Virus record (IMG/VR): IMGVR_UViG_3300049489_000540
Reading direction: 5' to 3' (one strand)
Source of the DNA: a virus
Taxonomy: Duplodnaviria > Heunggongvirae > Uroviricota > Caudoviricetes
Length of the DNA stretch: 64,000 nucleotides
Under the pieces are notes generated by a model. That model saw only the letters and a list, made by a program, of their open reading frames with translations, made no database searches and had not been told where the DNA came from. Below, piece after piece: positions 1-9,843 of the stretch (position 1 is the first letter of the stretch; each line of letters starts with the position of its first letter). The position numbers were made by a program, and so were the translations under genes.

Positions 1-26
1 GTATAAATAGTAGTAGGTAAAATTAC

Positions 27-2111
27 ATGCCACAGCTTCCTTCGTATAAAGACGGTCAATGGAATGTTCAGCTTATAAATGTTTACACATTTAGCGCAAA
101 TGATATTCAGCTTATCGGTGGACCTGGCTTCGACTCTGGTTGGATAGGACCACCAAACGGTCCACAAACACGCACCGTCATTAGTAAAATATCGTCAAAG
201 TGCAATATTCAGAAATGTTTTGAAGGTCTATCAAGCAACTCAAGTATCTCAAGCAAATCGAGCAACTCAAGCTCATGGTCATCGTCCAGTAAATCGTCGC
301 AATCGGGCTTTTCAATATCTTCTCTTTCGTCACCAAGTTCAGTTTCCTCACCTAGTTCCTTTTCGTCACCGAGTTCACTTTCATCACCAAGTTCAAAATC
401 GTCTACATCGTCATCAAGTTTCTCAAGTAAATCCAGTAGCTCAAAGTCGAGTAGCTCAAAATCTTCAAGTAGCTCATCTGGACCACAGATTAACGGATAT
501 ACGGTATCTGGTTCGTGTGTTGATGGTCTATTTGTCCAAGCTGGTTACGGTGAATGGAATGGTTCATTTATTTTTGGCGGTAGCTTCCCATACTACACCA
601 GCACACTAGATCCTAATTTCGCTATATTTTTTCATTCGGGCGCTGGTTGTTGGGTTTTAGATTATTACTTGTCATATGCTGGTGATTGTCCATATTGTGG
701 TTACAGTTGTACATATGCATTTACACCACCAGAAGGAACATGGTCATCGTGTGGAATTGGATCCCCGACTGTTACAGCATACCCACCACCGCCACCCCCA
801 CCTCCTGTTGTTGGCTATACGGTAGTTGGATCGGACTCCTGTGATGGTACATATTTGGCGGCTGGATATGGTTATATACAAAGTTGGTCATATTCTTTCA
901 TTCCTGGCGGAACATATCAATACTTTGTCAACCAAGCGAATCCTAATCAAGCAATCATATATGTGCCAGATTGGGGATGCTGGTACATCGACAACTATCT
1001 CTCGTTTACTGCTAATTGTGCATGTGGTTATGATTGCAGTTATTCTCAGACCCCATACTCAGGTATGTGGTATTCGTGTGGAATGGGTTATCCAACCGTA
1101 ACACAAATAACTGATAATAATTCATCAAGCTCCTCAAGTAGCACGTTACAGCAACAGTCATCAAGCAACTCATCCAGTTCATCGTCATCAAGCTCATCAA
1201 GCTCTTCGTCATCAAGCTCATCCAGTTCATCATCAAGTTCACTTGATAATGATGTTATGATCGTTGAATACCGCAACTTTAATGGTTGCGATTTGATTAC
1301 AAAAACATTGTTACCAAACGGTGCTGATGTTGGTTGGTCATGTGGATACACAGGAACATGCGCTTCTCTCACAACCATACCAGTTTCGGCATGTGTTTCT
1401 ATTGATCAAGTATCTATAGACATGAATTGCTTAAGGACAACAGATCCTTCTGGAAGAATATATCTCAATGCATGCTGGGGAACAACCGTTTCACCAAGCT
1501 CGTTTAAGATTGATGTTTGGTGGAATAGCGTTCATCAGACAATCAATGTCACAACACCATTGCAGATGATAACATGCTGTGATAACCAAGTCGCATATAT
1601 CGATTACTACGCAAACGATGTTTACAATCTTGTAAAGCTTAACAGAAAGCCACACATTTCCAATGGACCAACGAATGCTATAGTTACTGCAACACCATCA
1701 GCATACCCAACACAAGATGTCGATGTCATATTAGCACCAACATTTGAATTACCAAACATTTCGATATATGTACCATATCTCGTTGTTGGTGGTTCCTTTG
1801 AAAATGCACTTCCAACATACGATCCTAATATTCTTGTATACGATGAAGAATTTACAGTCAACATATCAGGCAGTAACTATGGAGATTGGATACTTCCTTC
1901 GTATGTGGTTGGTGCTTCCGGTCAGTTTATAAATGCACCAGTTGTTTCTGGACCATATATCGTACCTGATTACGACATCATTATTGAGGTACTTGACCTC
2001 CATCCCGATAATGATTTCGTTATTGATATAAGCACATCGAGCAACTCAAGCTCAAGCGATTCAAGCTCAAGTGATTCAAGCAGTTCGAGTAATTCAAGTT
2101 CATCTAGTTAA
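27..2111 (+). CDS. Ser-rich putative structural/adhesin protein with two tandem ~95-aa Cys/aromatic-rich domains separated by a poly-Pro (P9) linker
   Basis: 694-aa ORF with ATG at 27; poly-Ser low-complexity linkers at both ends; internal duplication GYTVSGSCVDG...CGIGSPTVTAY vs GYTVVGSDSCDG...CGMGYPTVTQI; no catalytic motif seen. Confidence 0.55.
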   Translation: MPQLPSYKDGQWNVQLINVYTFSANDIQLIGGPGFDSGWIGPPNGPQTRTVISKISSKCNIQKCFEGLSSNSSISSKSSNSSSWSSSSKSSQSGFSISSLSSPSSVSSPSSFSSPSSLSSPSSKSSTSSSSFSSKSSSSKSSSSKSSSSSSGPQINGYTVSGSCVDGLFVQAGYGEWNGSFIFGGSFPYYTSTLDPNFAIFFHSGAGCWVLDYYLSYAGDCPYCGYSCTYAFTPPEGTWSSCGIGSPTVTAYPPPPPPPPVVGYTVVGSDSCDGTYLAAGYGYIQSWSYSFIPGGTYQYFVNQANPNQAIIYVPDWGCWYIDNYLSFTANCACGYDCSYSQTPYSGMWYSCGMGYPTVTQITDNNSSSSSSSTLQQQSSSNSSSSSSSSSSSSSSSSSSSSSSSSLDNDVMIVEYRNFNGCDLITKTLLPNGADVGWSCGYTGTCASLTTIPVSACVSIDQVSIDMNCLRTTDPSGRIYLNACWGTTVSPSSFKIDVWWNSVHQTINVTTPLQMITCCDNQVAYIDYYANDVYNLVKLNRKPHISNGPTNAIVTATPSAYPTQDVDVILAPTFELPNISIYVPYLVVGGSFENALPTYDPNILVYDEEFTVNISGSNYGDWILPSYVVGASGQFINAPVVSGPYIVPDYDIIIEVLDLHPDNDFVIDISTSSNSSSSDSSSSDSSSSSNSSSSS

Positions 2112-2138
2112 TAAATATAAATAGTCATAGGAGTTATT

Positions 2139-4394
2139 ATGGCAGACTTCGTAAATTATAGAGGTGTCAGTCACCAAGTTGTATATGTTGACCCAACATT
2201 AGGTTCGGGTCTTAATGACGGAACGACAACGGCTGACGCATTTCAGCAACTTCCACACACGGTTTCCTTGTCTGGAAATGCTCTCTATTTACTTCGTCGT
2301 TCAAATACTCCAGTAATAGCACAAAAAGGTAATTGTCCAAATAGCCACGTTTTGGTTGTCGGTATGCCAGCAACCTCTGGACAAATGTTCTTTACCGATT
2401 TACCAGCAACTGTCAGAAATACATGGGGTCTTGATAGCGAACCTAGTGTTACTGTATTTGTGAGTGGAGCCGCCGCAAATACACCTTGGCGTTTTGGTTT
2501 GTCTGATTCAAACGCTGGTTATGGTTTATTTAATTTGTTCATTCATACATCACCAACCATAAATCAAAAATATGGAATGGTTCACATTTATGGACCAAAT
2601 GTTACTGTTGATAGCTGCACATTTACGATATCTGGAACGCCAATTTCTGGAAATGCATCGTCATCCTTGACTGAATGGACCGGTTTACATATAAGTAATG
2701 GTGATGGCTGTTCCATTAATAATATAGATACTATTTCATATGGTTATGGAGATAGTTATTCGGACCCAAACAGCTATCAAATGCCTAGTGCTTTATTCGT
2801 TGAAAACTACTACTCTGGTGGCATGTCAAATGCATGTATATCAAACTCAACCTTCAGATGCATAACGAACCCATCAGTTAACTCAAGAACATATGGATTG
2901 AATATAAGAGGCTGGTCATATGCCAGTGTATTCAAAAACTTAAAGTTCTACACAAACTTATCGTATACGGGAAATAGTAACTCTTACACACTCATGCGCC
3001 TTGGAAGTATTTCAAATGCATGTGTCGTTGACGGTATTTCTGGATGGTGTGGATTCAATCATAAAAATCCCGCACAGAACCAAACTGGATATGGCATATA
3101 TGTCGATTATGGTGTTAACGCAACAAGCGAAAGCTACATGCACAGAAAAGTTTCAAAGCACACATTTAAAAATATCTACTTCGATGACCAATCAGATTAC
3201 TACGGATGTTTCTGTGGTATTCGTTTAGGTGATTACTGGCAAGATTGCACATTTGATAACATAAAGCTATATTCACCAAATGCATCAAATCTTTTAGGAA
3301 CTCCTATATTTTCTATCGGTGCATACACAAACCATCTTACATTCGATAACATAGATTTAGACGCTGGAAGTAACTTATCACAGCCTATTCCAAATAATAA
3401 CAACATTCATGGTTTATACATTGGTGGTGATATAAACCAGCAAAGATCAGCTAAGAGCTACCTGAAAAATTCAAGAATAAAGTCCAGCAAGTTAGGAATT
3501 TATTCTCTAGGAAGTCTGGATATCAGCAACACATCGGTAACTGGTGGTGTATATGTGTATGGTGATGCTGTAGAATTAAATACTTTGGCAGCACCTCTAT
3601 CAAGCGGAAGATTCTCGTCAGCACCAAATCTTCTATACCATATTGGTGGCTCTGGTGACGAAAGATGGGCAACAAATTCGGTCATAAAAATTAATGAATT
3701 AGTTAATAGAAGTATAATTGGACACTCTATTAATTTCGGATCAGCATTAGTTGCTGTTGAATGTATGTCGGCTGCTGGCGTTTTAAATTCAATTGGCGGT
3801 CCAACATACGATACAACTGTTCCAAATGCTGGTGCAATATATGTGAACAATTTCCCACAAGATGGATACTGGCTTGGTCAAAATGCATGGCATCGCTTTA
3901 GCACATCAGTTGTACAATTTACAACGGCAAATAGCGTAAATTCTGGATTTAGTCTTGAATACATGCAAATTACATCATCGAACTTTACTGGCGCGGTCGA
4001 ACAAGCATTTGAAATATCCCCACCGCCATACAAAGGAAATGAAGTTTCGACCACAACATTAGCAGCACAAAGACAATATAAAGCTGTCTTGTATTTCGCA
4101 ACAAAATACGCTACAGCAGTAACCAGCAGCGAATTGTGGTTCGAGATAGAGATACCAAGTGGAGTTTCTGGAACAGACACCAGAATCATGACCACCAGAG
4201 GAATGCTTGATGGTGTGCAAGTTGATAATACAGGAACCGTATGGCTTGGTGAATCACCACTAAGTATTTACAGGATCGTGTTACCATTCATTCTTGATCG
4301 TCAAGAAAGCATATACACAAGAATATTCTGGAACAAGACATTCGGACCACCGGGCAAGGCATTCATTGCTCCAAGAATAATTATCGAAGAGTAG
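2139..4394 (+). CDS. putative tail spike/fiber-like protein (Asn/Gly/Ser-rich, beta-helix-like repeats)
   Basis: 751-aa ORF 27 nt after the previous gene; many short N/G/S/I-rich repeats consistent with a right-handed beta-helix; function inferred from composition only. Confidence 0.5.
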   Translation: MADFVNYRGVSHQVVYVDPTLGSGLNDGTTTADAFQQLPHTVSLSGNALYLLRRSNTPVIAQKGNCPNSHVLVVGMPATSGQMFFTDLPATVRNTWGLDSEPSVTVFVSGAAANTPWRFGLSDSNAGYGLFNLFIHTSPTINQKYGMVHIYGPNVTVDSCTFTISGTPISGNASSSLTEWTGLHISNGDGCSINNIDTISYGYGDSYSDPNSYQMPSALFVENYYSGGMSNACISNSTFRCITNPSVNSRTYGLNIRGWSYASVFKNLKFYTNLSYTGNSNSYTLMRLGSISNACVVDGISGWCGFNHKNPAQNQTGYGIYVDYGVNATSESYMHRKVSKHTFKNIYFDDQSDYYGCFCGIRLGDYWQDCTFDNIKLYSPNASNLLGTPIFSIGAYTNHLTFDNIDLDAGSNLSQPIPNNNNIHGLYIGGDINQQRSAKSYLKNSRIKSSKLGIYSLGSLDISNTSVTGGVYVYGDAVELNTLAAPLSSGRFSSAPNLLYHIGGSGDERWATNSVIKINELVNRSIIGHSINFGSALVAVECMSAAGVLNSIGGPTYDTTVPNAGAIYVNNFPQDGYWLGQNAWHRFSTSVVQFTTANSVNSGFSLEYMQITSSNFTGAVEQAFEISPPPYKGNEVSTTTLAAQRQYKAVLYFATKYATAVTSSELWFEIEIPSGVSGTDTRIMTTRGMLDGVQVDNTGTVWLGESPLSIYRIVLPFILDRQESIYTRIFWNKTFGPPGKAFIAPRIIIEE

Positions 4395-4398
4395 TAAG

Positions 4399-5814
4399 TT
4401 ATATAAAAGCACTTACGGTTGGGTCACACGCATAGCTGTACCATTCGAAACCAGCGTCATACCTATAATGTTGTAATGATGCTCCACCGGCAACTGGTTG
4501 ACTAAAATAAGTCGTGACTACACGCGAACTTGTAAAACCAATCTTCATAATTTGGAATACAGTTATTTGATATGTCCAACCAGCGGGTAATGTGCCGCTA
4601 AAACATACACAATTAGAGTTCGGTCCATATGTTTGTACGGGTGGACATGGTGCTAAGTTTGTGTTGTTACAGTAAAGAGAAACACTAATAGTACCACGGT
4701 AATTATTTTCCCATGGGGCATTTTCGAATACGGTATAAGAACCAGAATTGTTGTTCATTTCTATTCCAAATGTTCCGTTCATTCGTGGATCGTATTCACT
4801 AGATCCAGCCGTATTAATAGTTACCGATACATAACCAATTGGTGGCATCGACGGACATACTGCTGGTGGAGTAGATGTTGGCGAACATGTTAAGCATGTT
4901 TGGCTAGGCGCAACTGCTGGTTCTCCACATGATCCGGTCGCCCCCGGTCCACTACCAGAATTCCTTGTTAACCAATATATCTTATCATCGGCACATGTTT
5001 CTACATTATTCCAATCTTTTAATGGTTGCTTATTTAAAAGTGGTCCAAGTGGGGCTGATTGATAAACATCCCATATAACCGTCGATCCGCTGCACGCAAC
5101 ACCAGCATTACAAGCAACACGATAGTAATCACAGCAACCTTCACCCGGAGAAATTGTTGGATCAGCCTCGGAAGGAATTGTACAATCACCATCAACCAAA
5201 CACGCAGATCCTTTAACCACTTTAGTTGCTTGACAAGGTGATCCGTCAATTTGCCAACCATGGATCGTGTGGGCATTATCTAGGTCACATGATTTCGTCG
5301 GCACTCCTTGAGTCCATACCGAAGAATTACAATCATATGTTGCCGTATAGAAGTACCAGCATACCAAACCATCACTTGATGGACTACTTGGGTTTGGACT
5401 GCTCGAACTGCTTGGACTACTTGGGCTATTTGGTGATTCACTTTGTGATAAGCTCATCGATTCACTTGGCGACATGCTCTGTGAAATACTTTCACTTGGC
5501 GACATGCTCTGTGAAATACTTTCACTTGGTGATTCGCTTTGTGATTCGCTTTGTGATAAACTTTCACTCTCGGATTGTGAGCTATTACTTGACTCTTGTG
5601 TTCGTCTCCACACATAGACGCAGTAGCAGCAACAACCGTCCGTGTTTTCTGGATGGTCAAAAGGTATATCTGGACATGCTTCCGTATAAATTGGATCTGG
5701 TGGTACAACGGTCCTTGTATAAACACAATTTCCACCAACCCATCCCGTATCAGTACCAGGAACGACTTGATGAGGCTTGACTTTTCTAACAACCAGCTTC
5801 CTAATCCATGCCAT
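4399..5814 (-). CDS. Cys-rich putative adhesin/structural protein with Ser/Glu-rich repeat linker
   Basis: 471-aa ORF convergent with the previous gene; >40 Cys; central linker SESESLSQSESQSESPSESISQSMSPSESISQSMSPSE encoded by tandem DNA repeats. Confidence 0.5.
   Translation of the reverse strand: MAWIRKLVVRKVKPHQVVPGTDTGWVGGNCVYTRTVVPPDPIYTEACPDIPFDHPENTDGCCCYCVYVWRRTQESSNSSQSESESLSQSESQSESPSESISQSMSPSESISQSMSPSESMSLSQSESPNSPSSPSSSSSPNPSSPSSDGLVCWYFYTATYDCNSSVWTQGVPTKSCDLDNAHTIHGWQIDGSPCQATKVVKGSACLVDGDCTIPSEADPTISPGEGCCDYYRVACNAGVACSGSTVIWDVYQSAPLGPLLNKQPLKDWNNVETCADDKIYWLTRNSGSGPGATGSCGEPAVAPSQTCLTCSPTSTPPAVCPSMPPIGYVSVTINTAGSSEYDPRMNGTFGIEMNNNSGSYTVFENAPWENNYRGTISVSLYCNNTNLAPCPPVQTYGPNSNCVCFSGTLPAGWTYQITVFQIMKIGFTSSRVVTTYFSQPVAGGASLQHYRYDAGFEWYSYACDPTVSAFI
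5461..5553. repeat. perfect 30-nt tandem repeat x2 (plus partial third copy) followed by 12-nt x2 repeat, inside the 4399..5814 CDS
   Basis: ttcacttggcgacatgctctgtgaaatact at 5461-5490 and 5491-5520, partial 5521-5529; tgattcgctttg x2 at 5530-5553; in-frame, encodes the Ser-rich linker. Confidence 0.85.
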
Positions 5815-5831
5815 ATCACTATTTATAAAAA

Positions 5832-6266
5832 CTAATTATTTTTCTTAATACTTTTCAAAATCTTCATAGTGTCTTCTATTTCTTTTTTATCTTCAAAAAC
5901 CCACTGATCGCCGTAGGACATCTGTGTTGTGTACTTCACAGGAGAATATGGAACGATTAACATTCCTGTTATACAAAAATACTTAAAGTCAAATCCATCT
6001 TTTTCAAATCTCTTTTTGAAATCTTTTCTAAAACTACTCCAGTGTCTTTTTAAATGCTTGCATGCTTCAAGGCTGTCACGAAATTGAAGGTCATCGGTCC
6101 ATGGCACACCAATAAGATGACCATTAACCCGCATGAATAGGGCAATAGAATAAGATTTCTGCCGACCCAACAGATCGCTGTAGTGTTCATTTAGTTTTTG
6201 TGATTCAGCAAGAAGAGCTTGTAGCTCTTCATTCTGCTTCTCGATATCCTCGACATACTTACTCAT
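5832..6266 (-). CDS. family-1 small protein (conserved N-terminal LE-x3-EELQE-x-LA motif)
   Basis: N-term MSKYVEDIEKQNEELQALLAESQ from the internal Met at 6266; the longer ORF start at 6302 precedes the motif. Confidence 0.65.
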   Translation of the reverse strand: MSKYVEDIEKQNEELQALLAESQKLNEHYSDLLGRQKSYSIALFMRVNGHLIGVPWTDDLQFRDSLEACKHLKRHWSSFRKDFKKRFEKDGFDFKYFCITGMLIVPYSPVKYTTQMSYGDQWVFEDKKEIEDTMKILKSIKKNN

Positions 6267-6456
6267 GCGACCGTTCCTCGTCGCACATGTCTTGGATATC
6301 ACCTATACATGATCCACACCGAGTTCCAGCGGGACAATGCTTTTGAACATCTTTATAGGTTACACACTTATGTTTTCGAATGACCTCTTGAATATCAATA
6401 TATGGAATATTCAAACAGACACATAAACGAGGCACTTCTAGTGGTATCATGACCAC
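6259..6456 (-). CDS. small Cys-rich (CxxC-type, Zn-binding-like) protein
   Basis: 65 aa; CPAGTRCGSCIGDIQDMC; tightly packed between family-1 genes. Confidence 0.4.
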   Translation of the reverse strand: MVMIPLEVPRLCVCLNIPYIDIQEVIRKHKCVTYKDVQKHCPAGTRCGSCIGDIQDMCDEERSHE

Positions 6457-6472
6457 TAGATTATATCATAAA

Positions 6473-6880
6473 TTATCTTTTATCTAATGAGTGTTCGAAA
6501 AATTCTGGCTCTTTTTCTAAGTAGCCCGCCTCTTTTATGGCATATACGACCGCATCACGAATATCACCTACATAGCGTCCAGTTTTCGTCCGTCTGTCTG
6601 TAAACGGTTTGCCTTCCTCATACTCAGCACCATACAATATCTGCCACGCTTTTCCCATGCGGTGGATAACACACAAACCGATAGATTTGGCGTTGTCGCC
6701 AGTATACATGCCCTTGGAATTATGATATTTCGCATACAAGTAGATAACGGCGAACTTAGGTTCATTTTTTAAATTATAAATCGCCGCCACCAGGCTGATC
6801 TGGTGTTCGTAGGCTAGGACTTTTTCTTGGAGAATCTCACAACGTTCTTCAAGTTCTTCAATATACTTCTTAGTGTCCAT
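6473..6880 (-). CDS. family-1 small protein
   Basis: N-term MDTKKYIEELEERCEILQEKVLAYEHQ; overlaps the upstream gene's 3' end by 67 nt. Confidence 0.6.
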   Translation of the reverse strand: MDTKKYIEELEERCEILQEKVLAYEHQISLVAAIYNLKNEPKFAVIYLYAKYHNSKGMYTGDNAKSIGLCVIHRMGKAWQILYGAEYEEGKPFTDRRTKTGRYVGDIRDAVVYAIKEAGYLEKEPEFFEHSLDKR

Positions 6881-7482
6881 GGTGACGATTCTACAGGCTT
6901 TTCTGATTTTGCAACGAATTTTTTCATGTTGTCTATTACTTCATCTGTGAAAATTTCATTGAATTTCTTAAGATTTACAAGGTTTTTACCAAGTTCATCA
7001 TATGACATCGAATCAGCTTGTGAATTGGAAGTAATACTGATATTCCCATATGTCGTAAAAGAACCACTTGAATCTGAATACGCTAACAATCCTTTAAGCA
7101 TATTGTGATCTGTTTTAGCTTTGACATCTTTGGACGTTGTATATCCAAGTGCTGCAAGACCAGTATACTCCATAGCGTACTGGATAACTTCATCGTAGCT
7201 ACATTCTTTTACAACTTCTGTAGTATCTTTTGTATCATTTTGAAAATATATATGCCACTTTTTATCTGGATTTTTAATGGTACATGCGGTATTCTTATAA
7301 CCTAATCTACGAGAAGCATCACTAAAAAAGCTCATACTTATGGTAATTTCATCTACTGTTGTCTCGTCCGATTCATATATGGTATACACATGAACATGAA
7401 CAAACTTTCCAATATTGGCATACGATGCTAATTTTTCTTCTAGTTCTTCACAGCGTTTTTCCAACTCATGTACATATGTCAT
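6814..7482 (-). CDS. family-1 protein (222 aa)
   Basis: N-term MTYVHELEKRCEELEEKLASYANIG. Confidence 0.65.
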   Translation of the reverse strand: MTYVHELEKRCEELEEKLASYANIGKFVHVHVYTIYESDETTVDEITISMSFFSDASRRLGYKNTACTIKNPDKKWHIYFQNDTKDTTEVVKECSYDEVIQYAMEYTGLAALGYTTSKDVKAKTDHNMLKGLLAYSDSSGSFTTYGNISITSNSQADSMSYDELGKNLVNLKKFNEIFTDEVIDNMKKFVAKSEKPVESSPWTLRSILKNLKNVVRFSKKKS

Positions 7483-7838
7483 CGTAGTATCTCCACCTTA
7501 TAGGTAATGCCCGTCATGTGCATTATATCTAATATTTTTTCAATATAATACTGCACGGGTTGATTGTCTTTTATATCTTTTTCCACCTGACCAAATGCAT
7601 CCGTTGAGAATACCCATTTCCTATTGCTTTTTGCCAATGAAGCCAAATACAAACTATCATCCAGAGCGGCTTCGTGTCCCATCATAAAGCTGATATCTTT
7701 TACTTTATTATTATGAACTTTACATACGAAACTAAATGTTACTTTTTTATAAACTTCTAATAAACGCTCTGTGCATGCAAGCTGCTCTTGAAGCTCTTCG
7801 ATGTTCTTTTCCAATGATGCCGTATACGAAATACTCAT
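7479..7838 (-). CDS. family-1 small protein
   Basis: N-term MSISYTASLEKNIEELQEQLACTERLL; ATGA overlap with upstream gene. Confidence 0.65.
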   Translation of the reverse strand: MSISYTASLEKNIEELQEQLACTERLLEVYKKVTFSFVCKVHNNKVKDISFMMGHEAALDDSLYLASLAKSNRKWVFSTDAFGQVEKDIKDNQPVQYYIEKILDIMHMTGITYKVEILR

Positions 7839-8170
7839 GCTTTAAAAGAATATCTAACCTTGATGCCACGCAAGTTATAGGATTCTAAAATCTTCTCTAC
7901 AACATCTTGGATAGTCAGCCTCCTATCATAATACTTATCTTTTTTACTGGTCATGGTCCACACCCAAACAGGCTTTTCATCAAGTGTCGTATCAATAATG
8001 GTAAATAGCGGCTCTATATGACTTTCAAACAACGACATAGTTAATTCACATCTATATACCTTGCCGCTTTTTGTGATAACAGCAGAAAACATGGAACGCA
8101 ACGAAGCCGCTTCCATAAGCTGCTCTTGTAATTCCTCGCAGCGTTTTTCAAGCTCCGTCACATAGCTCAT
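7835..8170 (-). CDS. family-1 small protein
   Basis: N-term MSYVTELEKRCEELQEQLMEAASLRS; ATGA overlap. Confidence 0.65.
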   Translation of the reverse strand: MSYVTELEKRCEELQEQLMEAASLRSMFSAVITKSGKVYRCELTMSLFESHIEPLFTIIDTTLDEKPVWVWTMTSKKDKYYDRRLTIQDVVEKILESYNLRGIKVRYSFKA

Positions 8171-8760
8171 TATCGTTTAGCTTTTTCAACGGTTATTGGT
8201 GGTTGGTTTGCATTGACAACCATGACAACACCAGCGGTGTATACGAAGAGTACAAACAAACATGCCGCTACATATCCCAAGATTTTGGCGATATGCTTTC
8301 TAGCGTTCCACGAAACAATAATATATTCTTCATTGTTATTGTCGTATCTTATCCAAAATTTCCGTCTTTTTAGCTCTTTTAAAACTTGTTTTTGTGCGCC
8401 TGGTGAAAGCGTCTGTAAAGACACCCATGCTTCAAACTCTCCACGAAGCGAACATTTTGCAATGTAGGTGCAAATAGCATCCATACACTTTTTATAATCA
8501 TCGGGATCGTATGTATATTTAATACGACATGATTCTTTAAAGGCATCTTCGGCAGTAAACGAATCTGGATTGACTTCGACTTCTTTCGGCTTCATATCTT
8601 TTAAAAGAGCTTCGGCTTCTTTCTCTTTTAATTTTTGTAGACGAATTTCTTCCATTCGTGCTGTATAGGGATCGATATTCGAAGCCCCATTTTTCAGCAT
8701 TTTAGACCATGCATCGTAGTTTCTGCGTATATCGTCGGTTGACATTGCCATAATACGCAA
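8170..8760 (-). CDS. hypothetical protein with coiled-coil and C-terminal transmembrane helix
   Basis: 196-aa ORF; C-term ILGYVAACLFVLFVYTAGVVMVV hydrophobic segment. Confidence 0.5.
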   Translation of the reverse strand: MRIMAMSTDDIRRNYDAWSKMLKNGASNIDPYTARMEEIRLQKLKEKEAEALLKDMKPKEVEVNPDSFTAEDAFKESCRIKYTYDPDDYKKCMDAICTYIAKCSLRGEFEAWVSLQTLSPGAQKQVLKELKRRKFWIRYDNNNEEYIIVSWNARKHIAKILGYVAACLFVLFVYTAGVVMVVNANQPPITVEKAKR

Positions 8761-8790
8761 AGTATAAGAATGAATTAATATTATTCAATA

Positions 8791-8825
8791 GACGAGCGGC
8801 TGGTCTAAAAAACCAGCCGCTCGTC
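8791..8825 (-). terminator. 13-bp perfect hairpin downstream of rIIB (likely bidirectional)
   Basis: gacgagcggctgg-tctaaaaaa-ccagccgctcgtc; AT/T-rich on both flanks. Confidence 0.55.
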
Positions 8826-8847
8826 GTAGCATCACCGCACGGTGTTT

Positions 8848-9786
8848 TTAGTGCTTACGGATGAAGTGCCCGTGAGCATCGCGGGGCTGCCGCAGATGGT
8901 TCTTGTCGGTCGGACGGTGACCATCGGCGCGGAGCCGCCGCGCACCCACCTTGTCAGCGACCGCACTATCACCAAGCACGAAGAGCGGCTGTTCCTCGGG
9001 CGTCTTTTGCGCTTCCGCCTGGTTATCGACACCAGCATTGTAGACGGGCTTGGTGATGGGCTTGCTCACATCCACCATGACTTCCAGAACATCGTACCCA
9101 CAAGTACGCATCTTGGTCATGTTGTAGTCGGGCGGGATCGCGCACACATTCTTCGGATGGACCTTGATGGCGATCAGCACACCACAGCCGCTCTGGTACT
9201 GGTCACGCGCATATTCCAGCGAAGCGACATGCAGACCACGCGAACAAGTGTTCTTCGGATTGCAGTCAACCTCGTTGCGAGGCATGGACGGACTTACACC
9301 CACGGAGTTGTCGATGGTGCCCGTATAGTGGTCGGTGAAGTTATCACGGACACGCTTGTAGGCGATGAAGCAGCCATCATCGGTGATCGGATGCTGGCGA
9401 CGATCAAGGAAGGTATACAGATCCTTCACAGCGACGGGATCGGGATTCATCTTGATGTTCGCCCACAGCGCGAGCAGCGGTCGGACATTCAGACCAAGAT
9501 CCGCCATTTCCAGCGCCCGCTTGGCGAAGAGGTCGGGAGTGCGCTCACCGTTGATGTAGACGCCGCCATTGCAGACATCGAACAGACCGCACGCATGCGC
9601 CTTGATACGCATGGACGGGTCGAGGAAGGTCAGAATTTCCTCAGTCGTGGCGGGATTGTCCTCGCGCAGCATTTCGATCAGCTTGGGGAAAGCCGCATCG
9701 GTTCGTGCCACCGTCTTGGTAACCGTACCGAAGTAGACGGCGATGGGACCATTGGAAGTCAAGATGAAGTAAGGCTTGATAGCCAT
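8848..9786 (-). CDS. rIIB: rIIB-like protein
   Basis: 312 aa (same length as T4 rIIB), immediately downstream of and co-oriented with the rIIA-like gene; ~50% GC island. Confidence 0.8.
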   Translation of the reverse strand: MAIKPYFILTSNGPIAVYFGTVTKTVARTDAAFPKLIEMLREDNPATTEEILTFLDPSMRIKAHACGLFDVCNGGVYINGERTPDLFAKRALEMADLGLNVRPLLALWANIKMNPDPVAVKDLYTFLDRRQHPITDDGCFIAYKRVRDNFTDHYTGTIDNSVGVSPSMPRNEVDCNPKNTCSRGLHVASLEYARDQYQSGCGVLIAIKVHPKNVCAIPPDYNMTKMRTCGYDVLEVMVDVSKPITKPVYNAGVDNQAEAQKTPEEQPLFVLGDSAVADKVGARRLRADGHRPTDKNHLRQPRDAHGHFIRKH

Positions 9787-9843
9787 GGGTTGCTCCTTGC
9801 GTATGGGTTTGATGTTAGCTTGGTTTCTCGGAATGTCAATCTT

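Noticed and set aside
220-609. 129-aa + ORF inside the Ser-rich gene, and 1088..1378 (-) ELDDELDELDD ORF
   Set aside because: These are alternative or antisense frames of poly-Ser (AGC/TCA-rich) coding sequence and give homopolymer-like translations.
4394-4440. Possible bidirectional terminator hairpin gtaagt...acttac between the convergent large genes
   Set aside because: The stem is only 6 bp with an 11-nt loop and no clear T-tract. That is too weak to call.
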